A stretch of 25,325 bases of DNA from IMG/VR virus record IMGVR_UViG_3300030095_002591, positions 1 through 25,325 of that record. One strand, 5' to 3'. The translations under genes and the position numbers were made by a program. Below the pieces are notes generated by a model, which saw nothing but the letters and a program-made list of their open reading frames with translations, made no database searches and was not told the origin of the DNA. Origin of the DNA: a virus (Duplodnaviria > Caudoviricetes). Of the stretch, positions 8,090-16,923 are shown piece after piece (position 1 is the first letter of the stretch; every line of letters begins with the position of its first letter).

Positions 8090-8629
8090 CTAACAACTCT
8101 TACAGTTGGCAGCTATTACCCACCAAATGCCCCCAATAATAAAAATAATAAGAACTGTCTGCCACGATGCAGTCCAGACTTTATGCCAAAATATTTTGTC
8201 TTTAGCTTTTTTCTTAGCTAAATATGCTTTAGCTTTTTCCTGCTGTTCTCTATGAGCTTTTAATCTTTCTGCTCTTAATTTGAGAATCTCTTCCCAAGTC
8301 CCATCGCCAAATTTGTTGTTTATTTGTATAGAAAGGTTAAGGATAGCACGGTCTATTTTTTTCTGTTCTAGTACTTCTGATACCACAGCTGATATTGATG
8401 TGTCTGAATCATCACCCCCTGTCTTATTAGCAATAGCCTTTTGCATTGCACTTTGGGGTTTATTTTTAGCATCTTTAACGTGCTGTTCTGCTTTGTCTCT
8501 ATGATGAAACAGATTGTCTAAATGTCCTGCAATTCCTTGCACATCTTCAGCCGTTTCAAGAGCCGATTTACAGATCTCTATGCTTTTCTTTGCTAAGGCG
8601 AAACCAGCAGCAATTGTTACAGGATCCAT
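8090..8629 (-). CDS. Hypothetical helical protein with C-terminal TM segment
   Basis: Starts MDPVTIAAGFALAKK; C-terminal VLIIFIIGGIWWVIA; TAATG overlap with the upstream gene. Confidence 0.75.
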   Translation of the reverse strand: MDPVTIAAGFALAKKSIEICKSALETAEDVQGIAGHLDNLFHHRDKAEQHVKDAKNKPQSAMQKAIANKTGGDDSDTSISAVVSEVLEQKKIDRAILNLSIQINNKFGDGTWEEILKLRAERLKAHREQQEKAKAYLAKKKAKDKIFWHKVWTASWQTVLIIFIIGGIWWVIAANCKSC

Positions 8630-9075
8630 TATCTATTACCTTCGCTTATTAACCCACGTTGCTTGTCTTTTAACTTTTCAACATCCACCATAATTTTTTC
8701 TACATCTTTTTGAAGCCTAGATATATTTACTTTATTGTGCATCATGTCACCTAGCTCTGCTTGTATCTTTTCAACCTGAGTAGCCATATGCTCAAGTAAC
8801 ATAAACTGTTCACTATCAGCAGGAAGAGAACCCATATCACCTCTCGGCCATTTAATCCTAAATTCATTATTCTTTTCTATGTCACCTTTAAGCTCTTTTT
8901 CTAAAGCATCTACGTCTTTTCGTACAAGTTGTTCAAACAATTCTAGTTTATTAAGTCTTTCTTGTACTCCAAACCAAGCCCAAACTCCAACAGCCACTGC
9001 AAGTACGATGGATATTAAGTTACGAATAGGCATGGCAATAGCAGAAGCATCACTAACCTTTAAATCATCTGCCAT
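8629..9075 (-). CDS. Hypothetical TM plus coiled-coil protein
   Basis: TM segment LISIVLAVAVGVWAWFGV followed by a coiled coil; 1-nt stop/start overlaps on both sides. Confidence 0.75.
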   Translation of the reverse strand: MADDLKVSDASAIAMPIRNLISIVLAVAVGVWAWFGVQERLNKLELFEQLVRKDVDALEKELKGDIEKNNEFRIKWPRGDMGSLPADSEQFMLLEHMATQVEKIQAELGDMMHNKVNISRLQKDVEKIMVDVEKLKDKQRGLISEGNR

Positions 9076-9380
9076 TACTTGTTACCTAGATGTTCAATAG
9101 GAAGCCATTTTTCACCTATTGCACCACCATCGTATTTTCTTAGCTTTAATTTGCCCTGTTTACATTCCCATCTAGCTCCAACGTGCATTTTACCTTGAGA
9201 ACGCATTATTTTTCTTTTTACTTTAAGACATTCAGCCATACCACCTCTTGGCGTGTACTCCTTTAACTGCCCAGATATGAACATATGTAATATCCAACCG
9301 GCAAATACTTTTTCATCAGCTTTAATGCTGTTGAAAAAACATATGGTACACAAGCAAACCAATAATAATAACTTTGCCAT
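9075..9380 (-). CDS. Hypothetical protein with signal peptide
   Basis: MAKLLLLVCLCTICFFNSIKA-DEK resembles a signal peptide; a Cys pair (ECLKVKRKI...WECK) in the mature part; its stop overlaps the next start. Confidence 0.65.
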   Translation of the reverse strand: MAKLLLLVCLCTICFFNSIKADEKVFAGWILHMFISGQLKEYTPRGGMAECLKVKRKIMRSQGKMHVGARWECKQGKLKLRKYDGGAIGEKWLPIEHLGNK

Positions 9381-9447
9381 AGTCTATGTTCCAAATAGTG
9401 CTGTTACCACCGAAAGTATTTTCCCACCATCTAAGTATTTTATCCAT
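9322..9447 (-). CDS. 41-aa small membrane protein missing from the ORF track
   Basis: Translated by hand: MDKILRWWENTFGGNSTIWNIDYGKVIIIGLLVYHMFFQQH. RBS AAAGGA precedes ATG 9447, 4 nt after the upstream stop. Fills the 9381-9451 gap. Confidence 0.6.
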   Translation of the reverse strand: MDKILRWWENTFGGNSTIWNIDYGKVIIIGLLVYHMFFQQH

Positions 9448-9451
9448 GTTT

Positions 9452-9655
9452 TTATCCTTTAAAAACTAGTCCTATAAGCAATAGTATAATTGCACCAGCT
9501 GAACTCATCATTACGACTTCAAGTCTTTTTAATCGATCAGCAACCATACCATATCGTTCAGCGCAAACTGCTTCATGCGTCTTTAAATGAGCAGACAAAT
9601 CTGCTAAATCTTTTGCTATCTGTTGTCCGTACCCTTTGTTTAATTTCGTAGTCAT
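9452..9655 (-). CDS. Small coiled-coil plus C-terminal TM protein (XhlA/holin-like topology)
   Basis: HEAVCAERY...RLKRLE followed by hydrophobic VVMMSSAGAIILLLIGLVF. Confidence 0.65.
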   Translation of the reverse strand: MTTKLNKGYGQQIAKDLADLSAHLKTHEAVCAERYGMVADRLKRLEVVMMSSAGAIILLLIGLVFKG

Positions 9656-9661
9656 TTTTTA

Positions 9662-9952
9662 TCAATCAGGTTTCGTAGGCCACGTAACAGTAGCCGTTGG
9701 ATCAGAAATAGTCGAGGGTAAGTCTCTTAAATCGGTGCGGTATTTTTTTCTTGCATCTGTAAACGTACCAGAAATATCAGACGATGCCCACCAATCGGTA
9801 TCAGCTAGCAAAGAATTTCTTTTTCGTCTAATCTGTGCCATTTTTTTAGCTGAGTACCCATCTGAAAAAGCTTTTTCTTCCGCGTCTCTAGCCGTTTCTT
9901 CTTCGTCTGTTAGTTGAATACGCTGACCATTGACTTTTTTATACCTTGGCAT
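9662..9952 (-). CDS. Tail fibre assembly chaperone
   Basis: R-x-x-RN-x-LL-x-x-TDW...YR-x-x-LRDLP...WP-x-KP pattern; directly after the fibre gene. Confidence 0.8.
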   Translation of the reverse strand: MPRYKKVNGQRIQLTDEEETARDAEEKAFSDGYSAKKMAQIRRKRNSLLADTDWWASSDISGTFTDARKKYRTDLRDLPSTISDPTATVTWPTKPD

Positions 9953-9961
9953 TATTCTCTC

Positions 9962-10753
9962 CTACGCATGACTTATTCCAAAAGCAGTAATTCGGCCTGA
10001 TGTTAGATTTCCAGACTCAGCTAAAAATTGTGCTCTGTCACAAGTAATGACAGCATTTCTAACTCCGGACATTACAACAAATCCTAAGTGACCATCATTA
10101 TAAAGGTGTGCGGATTGGCTTGTTACAAGCGGTTTAATTGCACCATCGGATGGCTGATGTAAAAAAACAACGCCCCCGAATCCTTCACCTGTAGCATTAC
10201 CAACACCCCCATTACCTGCCCCAGCCCCAAGATTAATATTAATTTGTGCCTCTGCACTATCGCCTGCCCCAGTTAAATCTGGCGCGCCATCGGTGGCTCG
10301 AAATACGCCTACCCATCGGTAGTCTGATGCCCCCGAATCAAATCCACTGCTGTCACCTAATCGCATATAAATATCCGCATCGTCTGTAGCAATTTTTAAA
10401 TCTGAAATAACAAAAGCATATGTGTCGTAGGTTGCACTTAAACCGGTAAAATCAGCAGAAGCATCATCATCAATTGCAGCCGTTGAGATTAAAGTCCAAG
10501 CTCCTCCACTAGCAGCAGCAAACACTGGAACAGTACCAGCCCCTTGAGATTTTAAAAAATGTCCAGAAGTTCCTGCAGCCACAGTAGTAGGATTACCAGA
10601 AGCATCCCAAGTAATAAGTTCTCCATCAGTTCCATTTTTTAATTCTGTAAGACCAATAGCGTCATTAGCTACTTTAGCTTCGGTAATAGAATCATCAGAA
10701 ATAGCAGACGTACCTATCTGCCCCTTAATAGGCTGTGGACCAATTATTCTCAT
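9962..10753 (-). CDS. Tail fibre / receptor-binding-like protein
   Basis: Gly/Ala/Ser/Thr-rich. N-terminal short repeats (ISDDSITEAKVANDAIG), then GTSGHFLKSQGAG, then a beta-rich C-terminal domain from GGAWTLIST; followed by the chaperone gene. Confidence 0.7.
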   Translation of the reverse strand: MRIIGPQPIKGQIGTSAISDDSITEAKVANDAIGLTELKNGTDGELITWDASGNPTTVAAGTSGHFLKSQGAGTVPVFAAASGGAWTLISTAAIDDDASADFTGLSATYDTYAFVISDLKIATDDADIYMRLGDSSGFDSGASDYRWVGVFRATDGAPDLTGAGDSAEAQININLGAGAGNGGVGNATGEGFGGVVFLHQPSDGAIKPLVTSQSAHLYNDGHLGFVVMSGVRNAVITCDRAQFLAESGNLTSGRITAFGISHA

Positions 10754-10754
10754 C

Positions 10755-11102
10755 TTATGTAATCTCCATTACTGAAAGAACAACATCCAAAGCAGCACTT
10801 CCTGTTACAGAAAGCGTGTCTGTTGTTTCCATTACGACTTTATTGCCACTTAATATTTCAAGGGTAGTGTTTCCTGCAATTGCTGTTGTAGTTAAAAGCT
10901 CAACATCTTGGTTAGCTTCGTTGTTAGCACCTGCCCTGTTAGCTGTATCAGTACCTAATGTAACCGTTGCATTCGATGATCCGCTAGTAGTATTGCCTAG
11001 CATCAAACCTAAAATTATTGTAGTTGTTGAACTAGCTACAGTATAGATAACATCAGATGATGTTACCCCTGCCTTGGTAATTACCTTAAATGTATTCGCC
11101 AT
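10755..11102 (-). CDS. Small beta-rich structural protein (fibre-associated)
   Basis: Thr/Val-rich, MANTFK...LSVMEIT; RBS AAGGAG; lies between fibre genes. Confidence 0.65.
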   Translation of the reverse strand: MANTFKVITKAGVTSSDVIYTVASSTTTIILGLMLGNTTSGSSNATVTLGTDTANRAGANNEANQDVELLTTTAIAGNTTLEILSGNKVVMETTDTLSVTGSAALDVVLSVMEIT

Positions 11103-11136
11103 TTTTACTCCTTTGGGATACTATCCCTATTGTTAA

Positions 11137-11835
11137 TTAACCTAAAGCTATTGCCAAAGCTGTTGCTGTTGCTTCACTAACTTCACCATCTGCTCCAGAA
11201 CTACCAGTTGCACCAGTTGCACCAGTAGGAATTCCAAGCGCAAAAGCAAGTGCACCAGTACTTGCTGTAAACGAGACAGTAGCTGTAGCACTTGATCCAA
11301 CGCTTAATGTACTTGTTGAAACAGATGCGCTTAGAACTCTTCCTGATACGTTTTCTAGAGCATCGGCATCACTATTCCAAGATAACAGTTTAGATGCGCT
11401 TGGCTCTGGAACTAAATTACTTGCTCCTCCTGTGTAGGTATCTGGGTATTTAAAAGCAGAATCTATGTCAGTCTTTTGCTCTTGAGCTATCATAGTTAAT
11501 CGGTCAAGTGCCGTTTCATGACTATTAGCTGGGAATTCATCATTTTCAACATAATCAGTAGTTTGAGTTTGCGTAGTTTTGCGTCTTATATGCCATTGAA
11601 CTGTATCAGCTGGAGCACTACCAGCAGTAACTGTTCCTGTTGACCCCTCTCCTCCAGTAACGGTGTAGTGTGTTGAATACGTTTTAGTAGATTCTGCCCC
11701 AGTAGCAATAGTACGTTCAATTACTTCTAACTCTGCAGTAGAGCCAGTACCAAAAAATGGAAACGTTACAGCGAAGGCCGTAGTTGATCCATTTCCTGTG
11801 TAAGATACTGTATTTGTAACCCCAGATATTGTCAT
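11137..11835 (-). CDS. Tail fibre adaptor protein (T7 gp17 N-terminal-like)
   Basis: YTGNGSTTAFAVTFPF...I-x-R-x-T...HETALDRLTMIAQE; short G-x-x run (GATGATGSSGADG); ends ATALAIALG. Confidence 0.75.
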   Translation of the reverse strand: MTISGVTNTVSYTGNGSTTAFAVTFPFFGTGSTAELEVIERTIATGAESTKTYSTHYTVTGGEGSTGTVTAGSAPADTVQWHIRRKTTQTQTTDYVENDEFPANSHETALDRLTMIAQEQKTDIDSAFKYPDTYTGGASNLVPEPSASKLLSWNSDADALENVSGRVLSASVSTSTLSVGSSATATVSFTASTGALAFALGIPTGATGATGSSGADGEVSEATATALAIALG

Positions 11836-11851
11836 GTTCTACTCCATTGTC

Positions 11852-11880
11852 ATTTTAACACATTTTGAGCTTCAAATCAA
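11852..11880 (-). promoter_or_regulatory. Sigma70-like promoter for the tail-fibre and lysis genes
   Basis: Minus strand reads TTGATT-17 nt-TAAAAT with an extended -10 TG; RBS GGAG follows before ATG 11835. Confidence 0.6.
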
Positions 11881-14800
11881 TCTATTTTTGATTTGTCTAG
11901 CTCTTCAACTAATTGCAAACCCATCTTTGCTACATTATTCATGTCTATATATAATTTGTCTATGTTTTCTCTTTTCCAATTTGCCAATTGTTCATCAGAC
12001 ATTCCTTCCATTCTAGATAATCTATGTATATTTCTTACCATTAGACTAAGATTTGACATAGCTTTTTTAAACCCTGATAGCCTTATAATATTGTTTGTTT
12101 GTACAGACATTTCAGCTAATTGCATAGCTGACTCAACTCTACCTTCTTTAATCAACCCTTTTATAGATTTTAGATATTTTTCTCTTCTAGCGTATTCATT
12201 ATAAAATCTTTCTATAGATTTGGTATTTAAAGAAGGGTATCGTGATACAAATGCTTTTACAAGTGGAATGTTAGTTAATGATTGTGGTGTAGGGTCAATG
12301 TTTTCTGGAGTAAGCCCAACTGCTAACAACGCTTGATCAATAGCATCTAAAGCATACTTACCAAGGCCCCCTGTCCACCCTCTAACTATATGTTCTACCA
12401 CAGACGGTGATGCTAATTTAGATTCTCCAACTAATGGTAGTGCACCCACTACAGCTCCAATTATTTTTGCCGTTTCTGAAGTGTGTAAAGAATATTGATA
12501 CTCTGGTAACATACCTTCTCTATCTCTTGGTATTATAGGTCTATTTAAAAACATACTTTTATCTGCCCAAACTTCAATTGGGACACTTAATGCTTGAGGC
12601 ATCATATTAGGTACTATAGACTTTGATAAGGATTTTAAAAATTCAGTAGCAGACCTATTGTCTTGAGCTATCATATACTCTATAAAATTTTCTGTGCCAG
12701 TGCCAAATATTAGTCCTAATTCAAAAGGTTTAGGTATGCGATATATTATATCATTTACCTCTACCATCCAATATAAATCTCTTTCCCATTGCGGTTTTTC
12801 TTTGTACCACTCCTCATCCCTATTTACTAAATGCAGTAACGCAGAAGGCATTACTAGACCAGCAAATACTTTAGCCGTCATAGCTACTGGGTTCTCTTTA
12901 AACGAACTTGCTAATTTAGCTTGACTTTGTGCAAAAGCATTAAAAAATGCAGACATAGCATTAAGTGATCTTGTTTTAGCTCCAAATTTTTGAAAATCTA
13001 ATGTAATTTCTCTTGCTTTAAATGCTGCTTCCGTAACAGCTTCAATATTTGGCACACCTCTTTTGCGTGCTTTTCTAGCACTAATTTCAAATATTTTTAC
13101 TCGTGTAGATTGTTCAATTAATCCGGATAGCGCACGTAATTGTTCAATAGGATTTTTTAATACATTTCTTACTGGTATGCTTTGTAGCATTTCTTTCATA
13201 CCTTTTTGATGATAAGACCTATCAATAGATTGTAAATGAGCAAATTGACCACCACTAGCTACCCATTCTTGATAAGCCTTAGTTCTGCCTAAAACGTGAC
13301 CTAATCCACGCATAGTATCTATAACAGGTATAAACCCATCTTTAGAATATAAACTAGCTTGAATTGTATCTCTAACAGCATTTCTACCCATAAAGTCTGG
13401 CGATAATACTGCACCACTTCGTAATAAGGAAGCTGGTAGTGCAAGCACTTTTACAGTAGCATCTAAAGTAGCACGATCCATAGCTCCTAAAGCTTCAATT
13501 AGTAATGGGTCTACTTCGTATACTTCTGGTTTACCGTCTTTATATCTAACTATATTATTTTCATTAATAAATACTTTTTTACGAAAAATAGTTAAATCTT
13601 GCTCACCTAGATTTATAGACTCATCTTTTAAATAAGGCTCTAGTATTTTTTGTAATTCTTTATTTTTAATTGTAGTAGCAGTAGTAGCTGCTTTTTTTCT
13701 AGCTATATAATTTAATTCAGGCTTAGTTTCTGCTAATTCAACAACAGCGTCCATTACCCTATTTCTTTCAGCTAAAGTAGTAAGCACATAAGTATTTCTC
13801 ATAATAGACTCTATAGGGTCTATAATCATTCTTTCAGAACCACGCATTTTTTTAAGACTAGACGGTGTACCACCTCTTAGACCAGACCCCCCTGATTTTC
13901 CAGCGTCCATTACCCTATGAAAAGGTACGTAATCTTTATTTGCTTCTTTCATTGCTTCAAATTGGTCTTTGCTTAACATACCCGAATCATGCACATACTT
14001 TAATATACTTTCTTGATATACACGTAATCTTTGAAAATCTTTTTCAAATTTAGCTTTACCAGCTTTAACCACATTGTTAGCCATTACTGGATCAACGCTA
14101 GTTTCTATAGAATCTGGTCTTTTAGACAGTTCCATTACTCTTTTAGATATTGCATACTCTCTAAAAGCTTGTAAATCCCCCCTCTGATCAATAGGCCTTA
14201 CTATATCTCTAAACGATTCTCCAATTTGTGACTTAGTTACATAATCTAATGCACCAAATTCTAAAAATGAATCTCCAACACCAGACACTCCTTTTAAATT
14301 TCTAGCTAAAACATATGGATCTAAGTTAGCAGGTAGCTTTTTGCCACCAGTAATATCTTTAACTACTCTTGCTAAAGGATGTAGGTCATCAAAAATATCT
14401 CGATATAGTTCATGTAATCCATATGGGCGTTTAGTATTAGAAGGCTGGTCAACAGAAATTCTGTTACTAACTTCAGTAGTATCATCCCTTCTAACTACTT
14501 TAGCGTCACCAATGCGCTGTATGTTTAATTTAGGGGCCTCTAACGCAGGAGTTTTCGTAGGAACCTCTAACGCAGGGGTTTCCGTAGGGGCCTCTAATTG
14601 TACATCCTTAGAACCTGCCCCAGCTAAACGCCCCTCCCCATGTTTTAATATTGCTGCAGCTTCCACCTCTGCGTACAAAGACTCAACTATTATTTTGGTA
14701 GTATTAGGGTGCAATTCATTCAGCAAACTTGGTACATAATCATTATATATCTCCTCAATTGTCTCTTGTTTATTTTGAGTAGATCGTGCTTCTGCAAGCT

Positions 14801-16916
14801 CTTCAATACTATCTCGATCAAATTCTATGGTCTTTCTTAAACTTGTTCCGTGAAAAGCATCTGCTTGATCTATTACATCCCAACCTTTTTCTACATATTT
14901 TGGATGTATATAATCTGTCCACTCATCACCCTGCTCTATAGCCCTTTCAAACTCTTTGTTATTTTTAACTATGTCCACTAAAATTTCGTTTTTATCATTA
15001 ATAACTATAATGTCTCTCATGTCTCTCATACTAGTCTGGTCTAACGATTTACTAAATTCTTCCCATGTTTTAACAGCACTGTCTTTATGAAACGTAAGCA
15101 CTTCAAAATCTTTTTCATTTATTCCTAATTGCTTCATTTCTTTTATCGCAGCAGAACGAGGTAGAAAAAACGACATTGCATCACCACCCGATATTCCTTC
15201 TCTAGGTATTAAACTAATTATAGAAGTATCTGCAGCTACGACTTTTTTTGGTAATGGAACTAATTCACTAAAAGGCACTACTTTTTTCATAGCCACAGCA
15301 GCAGCAGTTCCTGCTGTCTGTTTTAAAAAAGTTCTTCTAGTAGGGTCCTCTACCGTTTCTATTTCTTGCTCAAACGTGGTTTGCGGTTCTTGTAAATCCC
15401 TATCTCTAGATATCTCAATTTTATTTTCTGGGTGTATAACTACTTCAAGTTCGTTTTGTAAGGCTTTAATATTAGTAGTTTTTGATGGAAATGCTACACG
15501 TGTCCCAGCTGGCACTACTATACGATGTAGTTCACCGTAATTTTTATCTGCACGTGTATACCCTACGTCAGGGGCTAAACTTCCTGATACTTGCTTATTA
15601 AGTCCTGTAGTAGATGACCCATGATATATTACTAATGGCTCTTTTAGTGGGACAAATAGATGATCTATTTTAGTAATATCTCCCATAGAATTTTCTACCC
15701 ACCTTTTTAATAATGTACGTTCTGAAGGGTGTAGTACGTCATACCCATGATCTTTAAGCAGTCTGCTATATGTATCACTTAAAAAGTCTAAATCTTTAGC
15801 TTCAGACATGATTTTTTCTAATGATAATTCACCAAAAGCATCAAGAGGAGTAGCGTTAACTTTTTCATTATTAGATTTTTGAAATTTTATTGTCTCTGGT
15901 GATAAGGGGTCAGCTTTATTATTTGTACTTTTTGCGTTTTGCTCAACAGTTTGATACACTCTAGGTACATCAATATTTACCGAATTCATATCTTCTTTAA
16001 TAGTAGGTTCAGTCTTTATATCCTCCATTACATCTAAAGGACGTTTGTTATTTTCAGCATACACTTTTTCAAATTTATTACGTACAGTCTTGGCTGATTG
16101 TACAGTACCCTCAGCAATTTTTTGAGCACCTTTAAGACCACCTACTGCAACAGCACCTACTAAAAATTCATCTGAATCAGGTATTCTGCCATCTAAAGTT
16201 GCACCTACTGTAGTAAATGTACCTATTTCAGCTGCTGTGGTAGCTGTGGTAGGCAAAAATGTTCCGGGAAGTACTTTTTTAGCCAATGGTCCTACAACAC
16301 TGCTAACTCCCCCAGTAGCAAATCCAGTAACGTACGATTTTAAACCTGCCATAGCGGTGCCTGATAAAGATTCCCAAAATCGTGAAAAACTATTAATATC
16401 CCCATTTTCATATGCATCAATCATTGCGTGACGCAATATTTCGGGCATTGCAAAGCCAGCTGCAAAAGAAAGAGGTACATTACCTGCTGAGCCAATACCT
16501 GTGGCTATCATTGCTGGAACAATAGCTGGCATATCACCTACTATAGTACCTATTGCTGAAGTGCCTTTTTGCAGCACCGTTTGATTAGGCATTTTTTCAA
16601 CTCGTTTAGAAAACTCAGATTGTTCACTAACAGCTAAACTACTTACACTTCTTCCAAAACCAGCTTCAAAAAAATCATCTAATGTAAACAGGTCACGTGT
16701 AAATTGACCCCCATCCTCACCAAATGTTGCTCTAGCTTTGTCTACCATGTACTCTTGCAATGTAGAAGTATCAAAAGGAGCTATACCTAATGCTTTGTCT
16801 ACATCATGATTAGACAACCCTTCAGCTGCTGCGTCTTTTCTAATTAAGCTTAAAGCTTCTTCGCTTGTATTAGAATCTAAACCGCTATTGTATATTTCTT
16901 TTAATATAGTAGTCAT
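11877..16916 (-). CDS. Large polyvalent internal virion (ejection) protein, T7 gp16-position analogue, with ART-like and LPD38-like domains
   Basis: Third and largest ejection-position gene. Contains a Gly/Ala hydrophobic segment, an ART-like YHG...SGS...ELE region, YVPFHR, and a C-terminal LPD38-like pattern (PQWERDLYW...RIPKPFELG...P-x-x-EVWADKS-x-F-x-x-RPIIP). Start probably ATG 16916. Confidence 0.8.
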   Translation of the reverse strand: MTTILKEIYNSGLDSNTSEEALSLIRKDAAAEGLSNHDVDKALGIAPFDTSTLQEYMVDKARATFGEDGGQFTRDLFTLDDFFEAGFGRSVSSLAVSEQSEFSKRVEKMPNQTVLQKGTSAIGTIVGDMPAIVPAMIATGIGSAGNVPLSFAAGFAMPEILRHAMIDAYENGDINSFSRFWESLSGTAMAGLKSYVTGFATGGVSSVVGPLAKKVLPGTFLPTTATTAAEIGTFTTVGATLDGRIPDSDEFLVGAVAVGGLKGAQKIAEGTVQSAKTVRNKFEKVYAENNKRPLDVMEDIKTEPTIKEDMNSVNIDVPRVYQTVEQNAKSTNNKADPLSPETIKFQKSNNEKVNATPLDAFGELSLEKIMSEAKDLDFLSDTYSRLLKDHGYDVLHPSERTLLKRWVENSMGDITKIDHLFVPLKEPLVIYHGSSTTGLNKQVSGSLAPDVGYTRADKNYGELHRIVVPAGTRVAFPSKTTNIKALQNELEVVIHPENKIEISRDRDLQEPQTTFEQEIETVEDPTRRTFLKQTAGTAAAVAMKKVVPFSELVPLPKKVVAADTSIISLIPREGISGGDAMSFFLPRSAAIKEMKQLGINEKDFEVLTFHKDSAVKTWEEFSKSLDQTSMRDMRDIIVINDKNEILVDIVKNNKEFERAIEQGDEWTDYIHPKYVEKGWDVIDQADAFHGTSLRKTIEFDRDSIEELAEARSTQNKQETIEEIYNDYVPSLLNELHPNTTKIIVESLYAEVEAAAILKHGEGRLAGAGSKDVQLEAPTETPALEVPTKTPALEAPKLNIQRIGDAKVVRRDDTTEVSNRISVDQPSNTKRPYGLHELYRDIFDDLHPLARVVKDITGGKKLPANLDPYVLARNLKGVSGVGDSFLEFGALDYVTKSQIGESFRDIVRPIDQRGDLQAFREYAISKRVMELSKRPDSIETSVDPVMANNVVKAGKAKFEKDFQRLRVYQESILKYVHDSGMLSKDQFEAMKEANKDYVPFHRVMDAGKSGGSGLRGGTPSSLKKMRGSERMIIDPIESIMRNTYVLTTLAERNRVMDAVVELAETKPELNYIARKKAATTATTIKNKELQKILEPYLKDESINLGEQDLTIFRKKVFINENNIVRYKDGKPEVYEVDPLLIEALGAMDRATLDATVKVLALPASLLRSGAVLSPDFMGRNAVRDTIQASLYSKDGFIPVIDTMRGLGHVLGRTKAYQEWVASGGQFAHLQSIDRSYHQKGMKEMLQSIPVRNVLKNPIEQLRALSGLIEQSTRVKIFEISARKARKRGVPNIEAVTEAAFKAREITLDFQKFGAKTRSLNAMSAFFNAFAQSQAKLASSFKENPVAMTAKVFAGLVMPSALLHLVNRDEEWYKEKPQWERDLYWMVEVNDIIYRIPKPFELGLIFGTGTENFIEYMIAQDNRSATEFLKSLSKSIVPNMMPQALSVPIEVWADKSMFLNRPIIPRDREGMLPEYQYSLHTSETAKIIGAVVGALPLVGESKLASPSVVEHIVRGWTGGLGKYALDAIDQALLAVGLTPENIDPTPQSLTNIPLVKAFVSRYPSLNTKSIERFYNEYARREKYLKSIKGLIKEGRVESAMQLAEMSVQTNNIIRLSGFKKAMSNLSLMVRNIHRLSRMEGMSDEQLANWKRENIDKLYIDMNNVAKMGLQLVEELDKSKID
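14531..14598. repeat. 27-bp in-frame tandem repeat, about 2.5 copies
   Basis: taggggcctctaacgcaggagttttcg / taggaacctctaacgcaggggtttccg / taggggcctctaa; encodes LEAPTETPA-LEVPTKTPA-LEAP on the minus strand. Confidence 0.85.
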
Positions 16917-16923
16917 ATATAAC

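Noticed and set aside
9962-11835. Diversity-generating retroelement, suggested by the BPP-1-like head module
   Set aside because: No reverse transcriptase and no template/variable repeat pair is visible in this window.
14531-14598. CRISPR-like mini-array
   Set aside because: The units are directly tandem without spacers and are in frame within a CDS.
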